A stretch of 64,000 nucleotides of DNA from Candidatus Danuiimicrobium aquiferis (GCA_001804285.1 MHFR01000042.1:14725-78724), one strand, 5' to 3'. Shown: positions 34,273-45,821, numbered from the stretch's first letter. Numbers and translations: made by a program. The notes: a model not told the origin generated them from the sequence alone.

Positions 34273-36945
34273 ATGAAAGGTCGCTTAATTCTCATTGACG
34301 GACAATCTTTCTGCTATCGGGCTTTTTATGCGATTCGGAACCTCACAAACTCAAAGGGGGAACCGACTAATGCCATTTATGGTTTTATTACCATGCTTCA
34401 GAAAATAATCCGCCAGGAGAGCCCGGATTATATTGCGGTCTGTTTTGACAGGAAAGAACCGACATTCCGGAAGGAACGGTTTCAAGCCTATAAAGAACAC
34501 CGGAAGCCGATGCCGGACGAATTAATTTCGCAAATGCCGCATATCAAGGAATTTATTCAAGCATATCAAATTCCCGTTTTTGAATTGGCCGGTTATGAGG
34601 CAGACGATTTGATCGGAACGATTGCCCAAAAAGCGGAAGAAGCAGGGTTAGAAGTGGTCATTGTGACTGGGGATAAGGACATGATGCAGTTAGTGAACGA
34701 TAAAATTAAAATATTTCATACCTATAAAGAAGAACTCGTGGGCGCTCCTGGGGTTGCCGAACGGTTTGGCGGACTTGCGCCCTCTCAAGTGATTGATGTT
34801 CTCGGGCTTGCGGGTGATGCATCTGATAATATTCCGGGCGTTCCCGGTATCGGCGAAAAAACAGCGATAAAATTAATTCATGAATTTGGATCTCTTGAGA
34901 AAATTTATCAAAATCTCGAACACATTAAATCGGAATCATGCCGGAAAAAACTTGAAGAAAATAAAGATCAAGCGCAACTTTCGAAAGAGTTAGCGGTGAT
35001 TCATTGCGAAGTTCCGATCGAAATTAACTTTGAAGAGATGAAATCGGGTCCGCCCGACGAAAAAAAGCTTGTTGAGCTTGTCAAACGATTTGAATTCCGA
35101 AGCCTTCTCAAAGAATTAACCCCGACACAAGCCGGAGAAAATGAAAAGCGAAATTATCAAACAATCAATACGAAGGAAGAACTTGAAACGCTTGTGAGAA
35201 AACTGGGAAGGGCGAAATATTTTTCGGTTGATACGGAAACCACTTCAGAGAATTCATTTGAAGCGCATTTGGTCGGGATGAGTTTTTCGATGAAAGAAAA
35301 GGAAGCATATTATATTCCGGTTTCGTCACGGTTTCATCAGGGGCCGGGGATCCCGTGGGAAGAAGTCCGCAAGCTTGTGCAACCGGTTTTGGAAGATGAA
35401 AAAGTAAAAAAATGCGGGCAGAATATAAAATATGAAATCATTGTTTTGAAACGGCACGGAATTGAACTTAAGGGCATCTGTTTTGATACGATGCTTGCCT
35501 CCTACTTGATCAATCCCGCGAAATTCAATCACAATTTGGATGATATTTCTTTTGAGTATTTAGGGGTTAAGAAAATTAGTTTCAAGGATCTTGTAGGGAC
35601 GGGACGGAAACAAATTACAATGGATCAAGTGCCGCTCGAAAAAATTTCGGATTATGCGGCGGAAGATGCGGATTGCACGTATCGTTTGCTGGAGCCGCTC
35701 GAGACATTGCTTGGGGAACGGGAAGCGATGAAGTTATTTAAGGATGTCGAGCTTCCTTTAATTGATGTACTTGCCGAGATGGAAATGAACGGGGTTGCGA
35801 TTGACGCAAAATTTCTTGAGGGAATTTCGAAATCGCTTGAAAAAGACCTCAGCGCTTTGACCGTAGATATTTATCACGAAGCCGGAGAAGAATTTAATAT
35901 TAATTCAACGAAACAGTTGGCGGATATTTTATTTAACAAGCTGAAACTACCGGTTATTAAACGGACGAAAACAGGATATTCAACCGATGTGAGCGTTCTC
36001 GAGCGTTTGGCGCAAACGTATGGGCTTCCGAAGCTTTTGCTGGAATACCGTGAAAAAACGAAATTAAAATCGACGTATGTAGATGCGCTGCCTGCGTTGA
36101 CGAATCCGGAAACAGGAATGATTCATACGTCATTCAACCAAACGGTGACGTCAACCGGAAGGCTTTCAAGCTCGGAGCCAAATTTACAAAATATTCCGAT
36201 TAAAACAGATCTTGGGCGGCAAATCAGGCGTGCCTTCATTCCGCGGGCAAAAGGGCGGAAAATTTTATCTGCCGATTATTCGCAGGTTGAATTGCGGATT
36301 TTGGCGCATTTTTCGAAAGATCCGAATTTGATGAAAGCATTTCAAAATGATTTGGATGTCCATCAATTTACTGCGACACTGCTTTACGGGGTAAAGCCGG
36401 AAAATGTGTCACGCGAAATGCGAAATGTGGCCAAAACGATTAATTTCAGCATTGTCTACGGAGTGAGCGCTTTTGGCCTTGCCCAGAGTCTTGAAATATC
36501 GATGACTGAGGCGCAATCATTTATTGATTCCTATTTTATGCGGTATGTGAAGGTGAAAGAATTTATGGAAGCCGAAAAAACGAAGGCGCACAAGCAGGAA
36601 TTTTTAGAGACTATTCTCGGCCGGCGGTCCTATTTTCCCGACATCAATTCAAGCAATCCCAATGTCCGGCAATTTGCGGAGCGTGCTGCGATCAATGCGC
36701 CGATCCAGGGTTCCGCAGCCGATATTATTAAACTCGCCATGATCCGGATTCAAAAAGAACTTGCGGTGAAGCGCTTGAAATCGCTCATGATTCTTCAGGT
36801 TCATGATGAACTTGTATTTGATGTTTTGGATTCCGAATCGGATGAAATGACGCGTATGGTTCGCGAACATATGGAAAACGCATACCAGCTTGACGTTCCG
36901 CTTAAAGTGGATATTCGTTTGGCGGAAAGCTGGTACGACGAATAA
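34273..36945 (+). CDS. polA: DNA polymerase I
   Basis: 5'-3' exonuclease (LIDG, YEADD, GDASDNIPGV), 3'-5' exonuclease (DTET) and polymerase motifs (ADYSQVELR, QVHDEL). Confidence 0.98.
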   Translation: MKGRLILIDGQSFCYRAFYAIRNLTNSKGEPTNAIYGFITMLQKIIRQESPDYIAVCFDRKEPTFRKERFQAYKEHRKPMPDELISQMPHIKEFIQAYQIPVFELAGYEADDLIGTIAQKAEEAGLEVVIVTGDKDMMQLVNDKIKIFHTYKEELVGAPGVAERFGGLAPSQVIDVLGLAGDASDNIPGVPGIGEKTAIKLIHEFGSLEKIYQNLEHIKSESCRKKLEENKDQAQLSKELAVIHCEVPIEINFEEMKSGPPDEKKLVELVKRFEFRSLLKELTPTQAGENEKRNYQTINTKEELETLVRKLGRAKYFSVDTETTSENSFEAHLVGMSFSMKEKEAYYIPVSSRFHQGPGIPWEEVRKLVQPVLEDEKVKKCGQNIKYEIIVLKRHGIELKGICFDTMLASYLINPAKFNHNLDDISFEYLGVKKISFKDLVGTGRKQITMDQVPLEKISDYAAEDADCTYRLLEPLETLLGEREAMKLFKDVELPLIDVLAEMEMNGVAIDAKFLEGISKSLEKDLSALTVDIYHEAGEEFNINSTKQLADILFNKLKLPVIKRTKTGYSTDVSVLERLAQTYGLPKLLLEYREKTKLKSTYVDALPALTNPETGMIHTSFNQTVTSTGRLSSSEPNLQNIPIKTDLGRQIRRAFIPRAKGRKILSADYSQVELRILAHFSKDPNLMKAFQNDLDVHQFTATLLYGVKPENVSREMRNVAKTINFSIVYGVSAFGLAQSLEISMTEAQSFIDSYFMRYVKVKEFMEAEKTKAHKQEFLETILGRRSYFPDINSSNPNVRQFAERAAINAPIQGSAADIIKLAMIRIQKELAVKRLKSLMILQVHDELVFDVLDSESDEMTRMVREHMENAYQLDVPLKVDIRLAESWYDE

Positions 36946-36956
36946 GAAGAGTTGAA

Positions 36957-37586
36957 GTGAAAAAAAACAGTCGAGTTCGAACGAAAAAATTAGTGATAGG
37001 GTTGACGGGGACATTCGGAAGCGGAAAAAGCACGGTCGGCCGCATGCTCGGGAAAGCAAGCGTTTCCAAAGTGATCGATTGCGATGAATGGGTCCGGGAA
37101 ATTTTTAGCACAGAGAACCCAATTCAAAAGAAAATCAAGCGGCTGTTTGACATCCAAGGGGCAACTGACCGGAAAAAAATTGCTTCCATTGTTTTTTCAG
37201 ATCAAAACATGCGCCGGAGACTTGAGGCGCTGATTCATCCGTATGTGTTTCGGCGGATGAAAGAGGAAATCAAAGCGGGAGAAAAGGGAACTATCGTTTT
37301 TGAAATTCCTCTTTTATTTGAAACGGGCGCGGAACGTTTTTGTGATGCGACAATTGCGGTTTATGCGAATTTAAAAAGCATCATGAGGAGGCTTCGCAAA
37401 AAAGGTTTTAGCGTCCAGGAAATCAAGGCAAGACAGCAAGCACAGTTTTCGCAGCAGGAGAAAAAAAGGAAAGCGGACTTCATTATAAATAATTCTTGGG
37501 AAAAGGAAAAACTTGAGAAGCGTGTCAAAAGGGTTTGGACGAAATTGATTTCACGTGACGCGTTTAAATCTAAAAGAGGAGTGTAA
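36957..37586 (+). CDS. coaE: Dephospho-CoA kinase
   Basis: [27 protein letters not shown]. Confidence 0.92.
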   Translation: MKKNSRVRTKKLVIGLTGTFGSGKSTVGRMLGKASVSKVIDCDEWVREIFSTENPIQKKIKRLFDIQGATDRKKIASIVFSDQNMRRRLEALIHPYVFRRMKEEIKAGEKGTIVFEIPLLFETGAERFCDATIAVYANLKSIMRRLRKKGFSVQEIKARQQAQFSQQEKKRKADFIINNSWEKEKLEKRVKRVWTKLISRDAFKSKRGV

Positions 37587-37590
37587 ATTT

Positions 37591-38970
37591 ATGGCAAAAG
37601 AACAACACACAAAACCAGCAAGAAAACATCAACAGGCGGAAGAACCGGTTTCGAACAATCAGGAGCCGGTCGTCAGTACCGCAACAACCGAAACGAAAAG
37701 TCCCGGGGAACTTTTGGATGTTGCGGCGCTTAAGAAAATGAAGAATACCGAACTTTACGAAATTTCCAAAAAGTTCAACATTCCCGGGACGAGCGGAATG
37801 AACAAGCAAGATCTGATTTTCAAGATTTTGCAGGGACAGGCAGAGCACTCCGGGCTCATGTTTGGAGAAGGCGTTCTTGAAATTTTACAGGACGGATTCG
37901 GATTTTTGCGTTCTCCAAATTATAATTATCTTCCGTCACCGGACGATATTTACGTATCGCCCTCGCAAATTCGAAAATTTAATTTAAGGACCGGTGATAC
38001 GGTGAGCGGGCAAATCCGTCCGCCGAAGGAAGGGGAGCGCTATTTTGCGTTGCTGAAAGTGGAAGCGGTCAATTTTGAATCGCCGGAATCGGTCCGAAGC
38101 AAAATTCCGTTTGATAATTTAACACCGCTTTATCCGGACGAACGGTTGTTGCTTGAATCCAATCCGGACGAACTATCGACGCGCGTCATGGATCTTCTGA
38201 CTCCGATCGGAAAAGGCCAGCGCGGATTGATTGTGGCGCCACCCTATAGCGGTAAAACAATTCTTTTGCAGAAAATCGCAAATAGTATTGTTAAAAATCA
38301 TCCGGAAGTTTACATGATTGTTCTTCTGATTGACGAACGCCCGGAAGAAGTGACCGATATGCAACGATCCGTTAAAGGCGAAGTTATTTCTTCCACGTTT
38401 GATGAGCCGGCGGAACGGCATGTTCAAGTAGCGGAAATGGTTATTGAAAAAGCCAAACGCCTTGTCGAATGCAAGCGGGACGTCGTGATATTGCTCGATA
38501 GTATTACGCGTCTTGCGCGGGCGCATAACACGGTTGTGCCGCATTCGGGAAAAATTCTTTCAGGCGGTGTTGATTCAAATGCGCTTCACAAACCGAAACG
38601 GTTTTTCGGCGCAGCGCGAAACGTTGAGGAAGGCGGGAGCTTAACGATTATTGCGACGGCGCTTGTCGATACCGGTTCGCGAATGGACGAAGTGATTTTC
38701 GAAGAGTTCAAAGGAACGGGCAATATGGAACTGCAGCTCGATCGAAATCTCTTCCAAAAGCGGATTTATCCGGCGATCGATGTGAAAAAGTCGAATACGC
38801 GCAAAGAAGAATTATTAATGCATCCGGACGAACTCCAGCGGGCGTGGATTTTGAGGAAAGTATTAAATGAGCTCAACTCGTCGGAAGCGATGGAGCTTTT
38901 GCTGGAGCGTTTGAAGAAGACGAAATCGAACGCAGAATTTTTAATGAGTTTAAATAAAGGAGATAAGTAA
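37591..38970 (+). CDS. rho: Transcription termination factor Rho
   Basis: [48 protein letters not shown]. Confidence 0.98.
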   Translation: MAKEQHTKPARKHQQAEEPVSNNQEPVVSTATTETKSPGELLDVAALKKMKNTELYEISKKFNIPGTSGMNKQDLIFKILQGQAEHSGLMFGEGVLEILQDGFGFLRSPNYNYLPSPDDIYVSPSQIRKFNLRTGDTVSGQIRPPKEGERYFALLKVEAVNFESPESVRSKIPFDNLTPLYPDERLLLESNPDELSTRVMDLLTPIGKGQRGLIVAPPYSGKTILLQKIANSIVKNHPEVYMIVLLIDERPEEVTDMQRSVKGEVISSTFDEPAERHVQVAEMVIEKAKRLVECKRDVVILLDSITRLARAHNTVVPHSGKILSGGVDSNALHKPKRFFGAARNVEEGGSLTIIATALVDTGSRMDEVIFEEFKGTGNMELQLDRNLFQKRIYPAIDVKKSNTRKEELLMHPDELQRAWILRKVLNELNSSEAMELLLERLKKTKSNAEFLMSLNKGDK

Positions 38971-39014
38971 AATGAACACGCAATCTTGCGGTTCGCAAGT
39001 TGCAGTGTGAATTT

Positions 39015-39163
39015 TATCCCCGCAATGTTTTAAGCGGGGATCTCTAATGCATGGATTCCCGCTTCCCCGGAAATACAGGGCCAGCCCTCGCTTTACCGAG
39101 GGAAAGCATGCTCGCCTCTGCGAAGCTAAAGCTTCGCTACGGCGGAGCAGGGCGGGAATGACA
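39015..39163. repeat. Composite REP with nested inserts between rho and rpmE
   Basis: atccccgc..gcggggatc followed by attcccgc[about 90 nt insert]gcgggaatgaca. Confidence 0.6.
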
Positions 39164-39195
39164 AACAGTAAGAAATAAAGAGAGGAAATAAGTTT

Positions 39196-39423
39196 ATGAA
39201 GAAGGATATTCATCCTAAGTACGGTCCAGCGATCGTGCGGTGCGTTTGCGGAAACGTAATTGAAACAAGAAGCGTAAAACCTGAAATCAGTGTGGATATT
39301 TGTTCGGCATGTCACCCGCTTTTTACCGGGAAACAAAAATTGGTGGATACTGCCGGACGTATTGATAAATTTAAAAAGAAATTCGGCGGCCGCGTTTCCC
39401 ACAAATCAACAGATCAAGCGTAA
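39196..39423 (+). CDS. rpmE: 50S ribosomal protein L31
   Basis: [25 protein letters not shown]. Confidence 0.97.
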   Translation: MKKDIHPKYGPAIVRCVCGNVIETRSVKPEISVDICSACHPLFTGKQKLVDTAGRIDKFKKKFGGRVSHKSTDQA

Positions 39424-39429
39424 GCCTAA

Positions 39430-40548
39430 GTGATCGAAATTTCGATGATATTGCAGGAACCTTTTCGGCAAGTCAAAGCACGGGTCCAGGAACTCGAGAC
39501 CCAGCTCGCTAATCCGGGAGATCTTCTGAAAGATCAAAAGGCTTATCAGGGGCGGACGAGAGAATTGGCCCGCTTGAGGCCGATTGTGAATGATATTGAT
39601 ACCTACGAACGGCTCGGACATGAACTTGAAGGTGTTCGCGCGCTTCTTGCGGGTAAAGTCGAAGATGAAGAGCATCGGACGCTTTACAAGCAAGAGGAAT
39701 CTGATCTTGATCAGAAAATGAAGGAACTGGAATTTGTGGTCGAAGAAAAAATCTTAGCAGGTTCCGATAAAGATGCAGATCGCGACAGTATTATTGAGAT
39801 TCGAGCCGGAACCGGAGGGGAAGAAGCGTCTCTTTTTGCACGGGATCTTTTCCGGATGTACAGCCGTTTTTGTGCGGAGCATGATCTGAAAGTGGAAGTG
39901 ATGGATTCGAGCATTGCCGGAAAAGGCGGATTTAAAGAAATTATTTTTGGTGTGAGCGGTCCGGGGGCTTATGCGAAATTCAAATTTGAAAGCGGAACGC
40001 ATCGTGTTCAGCGTGTTCCCGAAACGGAAGCCAGCGGCCGGATTCATACGTCGGCGGCGACCGTTGCCGTTATGGCGGAGCCTGACGAGGTTGAAATTGA
40101 AGTGAAACCCGATGATCTTCGTATTGATGTTTGCAGGGCCGGCGGGCCCGGGGGGCAGGGCGTCAACACGACGGATTCTGCGGTTCAGATTCTTCACATT
40201 CCGACAGGCGTGATGGTTCGCTGTCAGGATGAGCGGTCACAGCATAAAAATAAGGCGAAAGCCATGCGTGTGTTGCGCGCCCGGCTTTACGAATTTGAGC
40301 AGGAAAGAACAATGAAGGCATACTCGGAAACAAGAAAAAAACAAGTCGGAAGCGGAGACCGGAGCGAAAAAATCAGGACCTATAATTTCCCGGACCGCCG
40401 CGTGACGGATCACCGGATTGGCTTAACGATTCATGCGCTTGATCAGTTAATGGATGGGAAGATGGAAGAATTGATTGAGGCGTTGCAGAAAGCAGAGCGT
40501 CAAAAAAAACTGGAAAACTTGGGCGATGAAACAAAAAACAATTCTTGA
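39430..40548 (+). CDS. prfA: Peptide chain release factor 1
   Basis: GTGGEEA, HRVQRVPET (PxT motif), GGQ, RTYNFP. Confidence 0.96.
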   Translation: MIEISMILQEPFRQVKARVQELETQLANPGDLLKDQKAYQGRTRELARLRPIVNDIDTYERLGHELEGVRALLAGKVEDEEHRTLYKQEESDLDQKMKELEFVVEEKILAGSDKDADRDSIIEIRAGTGGEEASLFARDLFRMYSRFCAEHDLKVEVMDSSIAGKGGFKEIIFGVSGPGAYAKFKFESGTHRVQRVPETEASGRIHTSAATVAVMAEPDEVEIEVKPDDLRIDVCRAGGPGGQGVNTTDSAVQILHIPTGVMVRCQDERSQHKNKAKAMRVLRARLYEFEQERTMKAYSETRKKQVGSGDRSEKIRTYNFPDRRVTDHRIGLTIHALDQLMDGKMEELIEALQKAERQKKLENLGDETKNNS

Positions 40549-41380
40549 TTATGTGAGATGCGGGACGGACTATTTAGAGTCTCATTCGGTTCCCGAGGCA
40601 CGGCAGTCGGCGGAGGCCTTATTAAGTTATGTGCTTGAGAAGCCGCGGTGGGAAATTTATTTGAACGGAGCATGTGAAATCAATTCGGACGCAAGCGAAC
40701 AATTTGAGGCGCTTTTAAAAAAACGGGCGGGGCGGTATCCGCTGCAATATTTATTGAAAACAGTTCCTTTCCGTGAGGTCATGATTGAGGTCGGCGAAGG
40801 GTGCTTGATTCCTCGCCCGGAAACCGAAATTTTAGTCGGGAAAGCCTGTGAAAAATTGAAAAAAATGCCGGGCAAAACGGCAGTGCTTGATGTTGGAACG
40901 GGATCCGGGAATATTGCGATTAGTTTGGCAAAAGAATGTTCAAATGTTTCCGTGATTGCGACCGATATTTCAATGGAAGCGCTCCGGTATGCAAAGGAGA
41001 ATGCATTGATTAACGGGGTTCGTGATCGCATTCAATTCATACAAACGGATCTTTGGCAGGGGATCGAAGGCATTCGGTTTGACATGATTGTGGCGAATCC
41101 TCCGTATTTAGGCCGGGCGGAATTGAATGAACTTCAGCCGGAGCTTGTATTTGAACCGGTAATCGCTTTGGATGGCGGTTACGACGGGATTGATTATTTT
41201 CAAAGAATCGTGTATGGTGCTACAGGTTTTTTAAAGGTTGGCGGGTGTGTTTTGTTTGAAGTTGGAGCCGGCCAGGCAGATCGAGTCGCCATCGAATTAA
41301 AACAGAATGGTTTCCAGGGTGTTGAAATTGATGTGGATGATACCGGGATTAAGAGAATTGTTTCGGGGGTTTTAAGTTAA
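40526..41380 (+). CDS. prmC: Release factor glutamine methyltransferase
   Basis: LIPRPETE, DVGTGSG, NPPY; lies directly after prfA. Confidence 0.95.
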   Translation: MKQKTILDYVRCGTDYLESHSVPEARQSAEALLSYVLEKPRWEIYLNGACEINSDASEQFEALLKKRAGRYPLQYLLKTVPFREVMIEVGEGCLIPRPETEILVGKACEKLKKMPGKTAVLDVGTGSGNIAISLAKECSNVSVIATDISMEALRYAKENALINGVRDRIQFIQTDLWQGIEGIRFDMIVANPPYLGRAELNELQPELVFEPVIALDGGYDGIDYFQRIVYGATGFLKVGGCVLFEVGAGQADRVAIELKQNGFQGVEIDVDDTGIKRIVSGVLS

Positions 41381-41381
41381 G

Positions 41382-42683
41382 ATGGATAAGATTGTTATTC
41401 ACGGCGGGAAAAAGTTAGTTGGCGAGGTGATGAATTCAGGATCGAAAAACGCTTCTCTTCCAATTATGGCTGCGGCGCTTTTGTCCGCTGAGCCGTCAAG
41501 AATTGAAAACGTTCCTGATTTGCGCGATGTCCATACAATGGTCAAGCTCCTTCGCGTCTTGGGTGCACAAGTGGATTACACGAACGGGGTTGTTGAAGTG
41601 TATCCGGGGAATGCGATTAAGTCGAATGCGCCGTATGACATTGTCAGTACGATGCGCGCATCTGTTTGTGTCTTGGGGCCGCTTTTGACCCGTTTAAAAG
41701 AAGCTGACGTTTCTATCCCCGGCGGTTGTGTGATTGGCGCGCGGCCGATAGACTTGCACATTAAAGGGCTCGAAATGTTGGGCGCGGATATTTTGATCGA
41801 TCATGGATTTGTAAAAGCAAAAGCGCCTAAAGGGTTAAGAGGTGCGGATGTGTATTTAGGCGGCAATTTTGGTTCGTCGGTTCTTGCCACGGCCAATGTA
41901 CTGATGGCCGCAACGCTTGCGAAAGGAACAACTTATATTGAAGGCGCGGCGTGTGAACCTGAGCTTGTGGATCTTGCCGAATTTTTAATTAAAATGGGCG
42001 CTAAAATTAAAGGGCATGGTTCGCATTTGATCGAAATTCAAGGAGTTAAGAAACTCCATGGCGCAAATCACCGCGTCATTCCGGACCGGATAGAAGCAGG
42101 AACTTTTATGGTGGCCGGTGCGATGATGAACGGAAATGATATTTTAGTCCGGAATTGCATTATCGATCACAATCACGCGTTGATTGATAAACTGAAACAA
42201 TCCGGGGCTTTGGTGCTGAAATCAAAATCATCGATTCGCCTCAAGCGTCGCGGCCGGCTTCGTCCCGTGGATGTGACGACACTTCCTTATCCCGGCTTTC
42301 CGACGGACTTACAGGCGCAAATGATGGCTTTAATGACGCTGACGCCCGGCATCAGCGTGATTACGGAGAAAATTTATCCGGACCGGTTTATTCATATTAG
42401 CGAACTCACGCGTATGGGGGCGAAAATTTTCCTTGAAGGATCCACGGCGATTGTCAGCGGTGTCGGACATTTGAGCGGCGCGCCTGTGATGGCTTCAGAC
42501 CTGCGAGCGAGCGCGGCACTTTTACTGGCCGGTCTTGCGGCGGAAGGTGAAACCGAAGTGAACCGTATTTATCACCTCGATCGCGGATATGAAAAGATTG
42601 AAGAAAAACTTTCGGCTTTAGGCGCGGAAATTTTCAGAAAAAAAGAAGAATCGCAGAAAGAATTAGCAGCGGTAGCGCTTTAG
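41382..42683 (+). CDS. murA: UDP-N-acetylglucosamine 1-carboxyvinyltransferase
   Basis: GSKNASLP, PGGCVIGARP, PGFPTDLQ, DLRA, HLDRGY. Confidence 0.97.
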   Translation: MDKIVIHGGKKLVGEVMNSGSKNASLPIMAAALLSAEPSRIENVPDLRDVHTMVKLLRVLGAQVDYTNGVVEVYPGNAIKSNAPYDIVSTMRASVCVLGPLLTRLKEADVSIPGGCVIGARPIDLHIKGLEMLGADILIDHGFVKAKAPKGLRGADVYLGGNFGSSVLATANVLMAATLAKGTTYIEGAACEPELVDLAEFLIKMGAKIKGHGSHLIEIQGVKKLHGANHRVIPDRIEAGTFMVAGAMMNGNDILVRNCIIDHNHALIDKLKQSGALVLKSKSSIRLKRRGRLRPVDVTTLPYPGFPTDLQAQMMALMTLTPGISVITEKIYPDRFIHISELTRMGAKIFLEGSTAIVSGVGHLSGAPVMASDLRASAALLLAGLAAEGETEVNRIYHLDRGYEKIEEKLSALGAEIFRKKEESQKELAAVAL

Positions 42684-42746
42684 GGAACCATTAATTTTTA
42701 AAAAAGAGAACAAAATCATAGTTAGTCAGAATAGGAGGGAATTAAA

Positions 42747-42986
42747 TTGGCAGTAAAAATTCGTTTAAAAAGAGTTGGAACGACTAAAAAAGCTTTGTGG
42801 CGTGTGGTGGTTGCGGATAGTAGGATGCCTCGCGACGGGCGCTTCATTGAAGAAGTCGGGACCTATGATCCGATGAAGGATCCGGCGGTTGTTTCTTTGA
42901 ATGCCGATCGGGTTCGGTATTGGGTTTCCAAAGGCGCAAAGCCATCGGAAACGGTTCAGAACCTGATGAAGACAAAGGGCCTTTGA
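42747..42986 (+). CDS. rpsP: 30S ribosomal protein S16
   Basis: [24 protein letters not shown]; TTG start with AGGAGG RBS. Confidence 0.96.
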   Translation: MAVKIRLKRVGTTKKALWRVVVADSRMPRDGRFIEEVGTYDPMKDPAVVSLNADRVRYWVSKGAKPSETVQNLMKTKGL

Positions 42987-42994
42987 GCTTGTGA

Positions 42995-43702
42995 ATGAAA
43001 CGACCGCATCTTGTTATTGATGTGATAACGCTATTCCCCAAGCTGCTTGAGGCGCCGCTGAATGAATCGATGGCACGGCAAGCGAAACTGCGAGGGGCGG
43101 TGCAAATTCGGATATGGAATCTTAGGGATTATGCGCTTGATAAACGGCGGACGTGTGATGACAAGCCGTTTGGCGGTGGGGCAGGCATGGTGATGATGAT
43201 CCAGCCGATTGACGATTGTCTTAAAGATATCGGAAAAAAGGGTTGGCGTGTCATGGTCTCTCCCAGAGGACAGAAATTTTCTTATGAGATTGCAAAACGT
43301 CTTGCGGAAAAGAAACATTTAATTTTCATGTGCGGGCATTACGAAGGAATCGACGAACGGGTTCATGAACATTTGATAGATGAGGAAATCTCCATCGGAG
43401 ATTTTGTGACTACCGGCGGCGAATTCCCGGCGCTTTGTATGATTGACTCGATTATGCGTCTTGTCCCCGGAGTTTTGGGAAATGAAGCATCTCTTGATGC
43501 GGAATCATTCACGCACGGGATGCTTGATTATCCGCATTATACGAGACCAAGAGAATTTAAAGGCCGACAAGTGCCGGCGGTGCTGCTTTCGGGGCATCAC
43601 GACGCCATTCAGAAATGGCGGGAAACAAAATCTCATGAGCTGACAAAAAAGTTGCGACCAGATTTACTAAAGAAAAAAATTGGGGGTAATCAATATGAAT
43701 AA
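42995..43702 (+). CDS. trmD: tRNA (guanine-N1)-methyltransferase
   Basis: DDKPFGGGAGMVM, CGHYEGIDER, SIGDFV, YPHYTRP. Confidence 0.96.
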   Translation: MKRPHLVIDVITLFPKLLEAPLNESMARQAKLRGAVQIRIWNLRDYALDKRRTCDDKPFGGGAGMVMMIQPIDDCLKDIGKKGWRVMVSPRGQKFSYEIAKRLAEKKHLIFMCGHYEGIDERVHEHLIDEEISIGDFVTTGGEFPALCMIDSIMRLVPGVLGNEASLDAESFTHGMLDYPHYTRPREFKGRQVPAVLLSGHHDAIQKWRETKSHELTKKLRPDLLKKKIGGNQYE

Positions 43703-44015
43703 AATGGAAATGATTGAAAAAGATTATTTGAAAAAAACCATTCCTGAATTTAAAGTAGGCGATCAGGTGAAAGTCCATCTCAAAGTTCATGAAGGCGAAA
43801 AAACGCGAACGCAGATTTTCGCCGGAACGGTGATTGCAAAACGCGGAACCGGAATCGGTGCAAGTTTTACGGTCTTGAAAGATGCGCGCGGGGAATTGGT
43901 AAAGAAGGCGTTTCCCGTTCATTCTCCGGTTGTTGAGAAAGTTGAAGTGACGTTTCCCGGAAAAGTGAGACGTGCCAAGCTTTATCATTTAGCAAAAAAG
44001 AAAAATAAAATTTAA
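43695..44015 (+). CDS. rplS: 50S ribosomal protein L19
   Basis: PEFKVGD, EGEKTRTQIFAG, GKVRRAKLY. Confidence 0.96.
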   Translation: MNKMEMIEKDYLKKTIPEFKVGDQVKVHLKVHEGEKTRTQIFAGTVIAKRGTGIGASFTVLKDARGELVKKAFPVHSPVVEKVEVTFPGKVRRAKLYHLAKKKNKI

Positions 44016-44039
44016 GCAACAAGTCAATTAAAAGACATT

Positions 44040-44675
44040 GTGACCGACGCACATATTCCGCTTGAGTCTGAATATTGGCAAAAAGGGTTCCGATGGATTG
44101 CGGGGGTGGATGAGGCCGGCCGCGGTCCTTTGGCGGGGCCGGTAGTAGCGGCAGCGTGCTTAATTCCATACGGTGTTGAGCTGAAGGGAATCCGTGATTC
44201 AAAAACCCTTTCCAAATCCCGCCGAGAAAAACTCTATTGGGATATTGTAACGCAAACCCTTGTGGGGGTCGGCGTTGTTGACGAAAAAGAAATCGATCGC
44301 ATCAATATTTTTCAAGCCTCATTGCTTGCAATGCGAAAGGCGGTCCTTGCCCTTCCCAAAACTCCGGATATGATTTTTGTCGACGGTAAGTTTCCATTCG
44401 ATATTCCTATCCCGCAAATTCCGGTTATCAAAGGCGATCAAAAATTAGTTTCTGTCGGCGCCGCTTCCATTATTGCAAAAGTAACCCGTGATGCGATGAT
44501 GGAAAAACTCGACTTGGAATATCCCCAGTACGGATTTAAACAGCACAAAGGTTATCCGACGCCTGAACATATAACCGCGCTTTCGGTATACGGACCAAGT
44601 CCGATTCACCGGATGAGCTTTCGTCCGGTTGAGGAAGCGGCAAACAATCTGGCTGCGGCGCTAATGGAAGTTTGA
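44040..44675 (+). CDS. rnhB: Ribonuclease HII
   Basis: AGVDEAGRGPLAGPVV, DSK, AASIIAKV, HKGY. Confidence 0.96.
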   Translation: MTDAHIPLESEYWQKGFRWIAGVDEAGRGPLAGPVVAAACLIPYGVELKGIRDSKTLSKSRREKLYWDIVTQTLVGVGVVDEKEIDRINIFQASLLAMRKAVLALPKTPDMIFVDGKFPFDIPIPQIPVIKGDQKLVSVGAASIIAKVTRDAMMEKLDLEYPQYGFKQHKGYPTPEHITALSVYGPSPIHRMSFRPVEEAANNLAAALMEV

Positions 44676-44682
44676 CACGTTT

Positions 44683-45066
44683 ATGGATAAACGCCAAAAA
44701 ATAAAGCATGATCTAAAAGAAACAGGAAATTTAGGCGAAGATATTGCGACAGAATATTTGAAAAGGCGCGGGTATAAGATTATTCAAAGAAATTGTCGCT
44801 CGCCTTTCGGGGAAATTGATTTGGTTGCACAAGACGGAAATACATTAGTTTTTGTCGAAGTTAAAACCCGCCATGGATGTGAGTTTGGATTTCCGGAAGA
44901 AGCCGTTCATCAAAAAAAGCGGGAACAGCTGATTCGTTTGGCGACCTGGTATTTAATGAAACACACGAAAAAAGAAATGCCTGTCCGATTCGATATTTTG
45001 GCAGTCGAGCTTAAAACAGGGGAACCGGAAATCCGGCTGATTCAGAATGCCATCGAAGTTGAATAA
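44683..45066 (+). CDS. YraN-family (UPF0102) nuclease-like protein
   Basis: GEDIA..YL, GEIDLVA, LVFVEVKTR, RFDI. Confidence 0.9.
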   Translation: MDKRQKIKHDLKETGNLGEDIATEYLKRRGYKIIQRNCRSPFGEIDLVAQDGNTLVFVEVKTRHGCEFGFPEEAVHQKKREQLIRLATWYLMKHTKKEMPVRFDILAVELKTGEPEIRLIQNAIEVE

Positions 45067-45087
45067 AATTTAATAAAAAATATTTTT

Positions 45088-45795
45088 ATGCCGATAAATA
45101 AACTTAAGAAAGAGCCTTCTGTTATGGATGAAAAACAGATAGGCGTCCGGTTGATTGATTGGAAAATACCGGTTTTCACTGTTTTGATTTTAATGACAGG
45201 AAGTTGTTTGTTTGCTTTTTCTCGAGCCCAGAAAGCAATCGAAGAAGTCAAAAAAGCTGTTCCACGTTTTGCGGAAGTTGTTCCGGGCATTTATCGATGC
45301 GGGCTTTTGCAGGAGGATGTTGCGCCGTATTTAAAAGAAATGGGTGTCAAAACAGTTCTCAGCTTCCACGATGACCGAACCATCGCAAAAGACGAAGAAA
45401 GTTTCCTCAAAGATTCCGGCATCAATATGGTTTGGCTTCCCTTGCAAGGTTTTGACCGGCCGAGTGATGATTTGACAGAAAAAGCGCTGAAATTGATGTC
45501 TACTTCCGAATTACAGCCGGTTTTGGTTCATTGCAAGCGCGGTGCGGAACGGACAGGGCTAATCGTTGGACTATATCGGATCAAATATCAAAAATGGACC
45601 GCCGAGCAGGCGCGTCAGGAGATGAAAACTTTCGGGTTTCGTGAATTTTGGTATGGACATTTGAAGCAGTATTTGTATGATTATGCAAAGAAGCAAGCAA
45701 GTCAAAATGTTCAGCCAATCGGTTTTTGGGAAGAATTGAAAATTAATACGTTGTATTATTTGTATAAAGTTAAAAAGCTCAATCCTTTTGATTAA
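45088..45795 (+). CDS. Membrane-anchored or exported cysteine phosphatase (PTP/DSP, Siw14-like)
   Basis: CX5R motif HCKRGAERTG; N-terminal hydrophobic helix. Confidence 0.85.
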   Translation: MPINKLKKEPSVMDEKQIGVRLIDWKIPVFTVLILMTGSCLFAFSRAQKAIEEVKKAVPRFAEVVPGIYRCGLLQEDVAPYLKEMGVKTVLSFHDDRTIAKDEESFLKDSGINMVWLPLQGFDRPSDDLTEKALKLMSTSELQPVLVHCKRGAERTGLIVGLYRIKYQKWTAEQARQEMKTFGFREFWYGHLKQYLYDYAKKQASQNVQPIGFWEELKINTLYYLYKVKKLNPFD

Positions 45796-45821
45796 TAGAA
45801 GTTTTAATAAAGGAGCTTATC

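Noticed and set aside
38950-39402. 150 aa minus-strand ORF over rpmE
   Set aside because: Shadow of rpmE plus a REP element.
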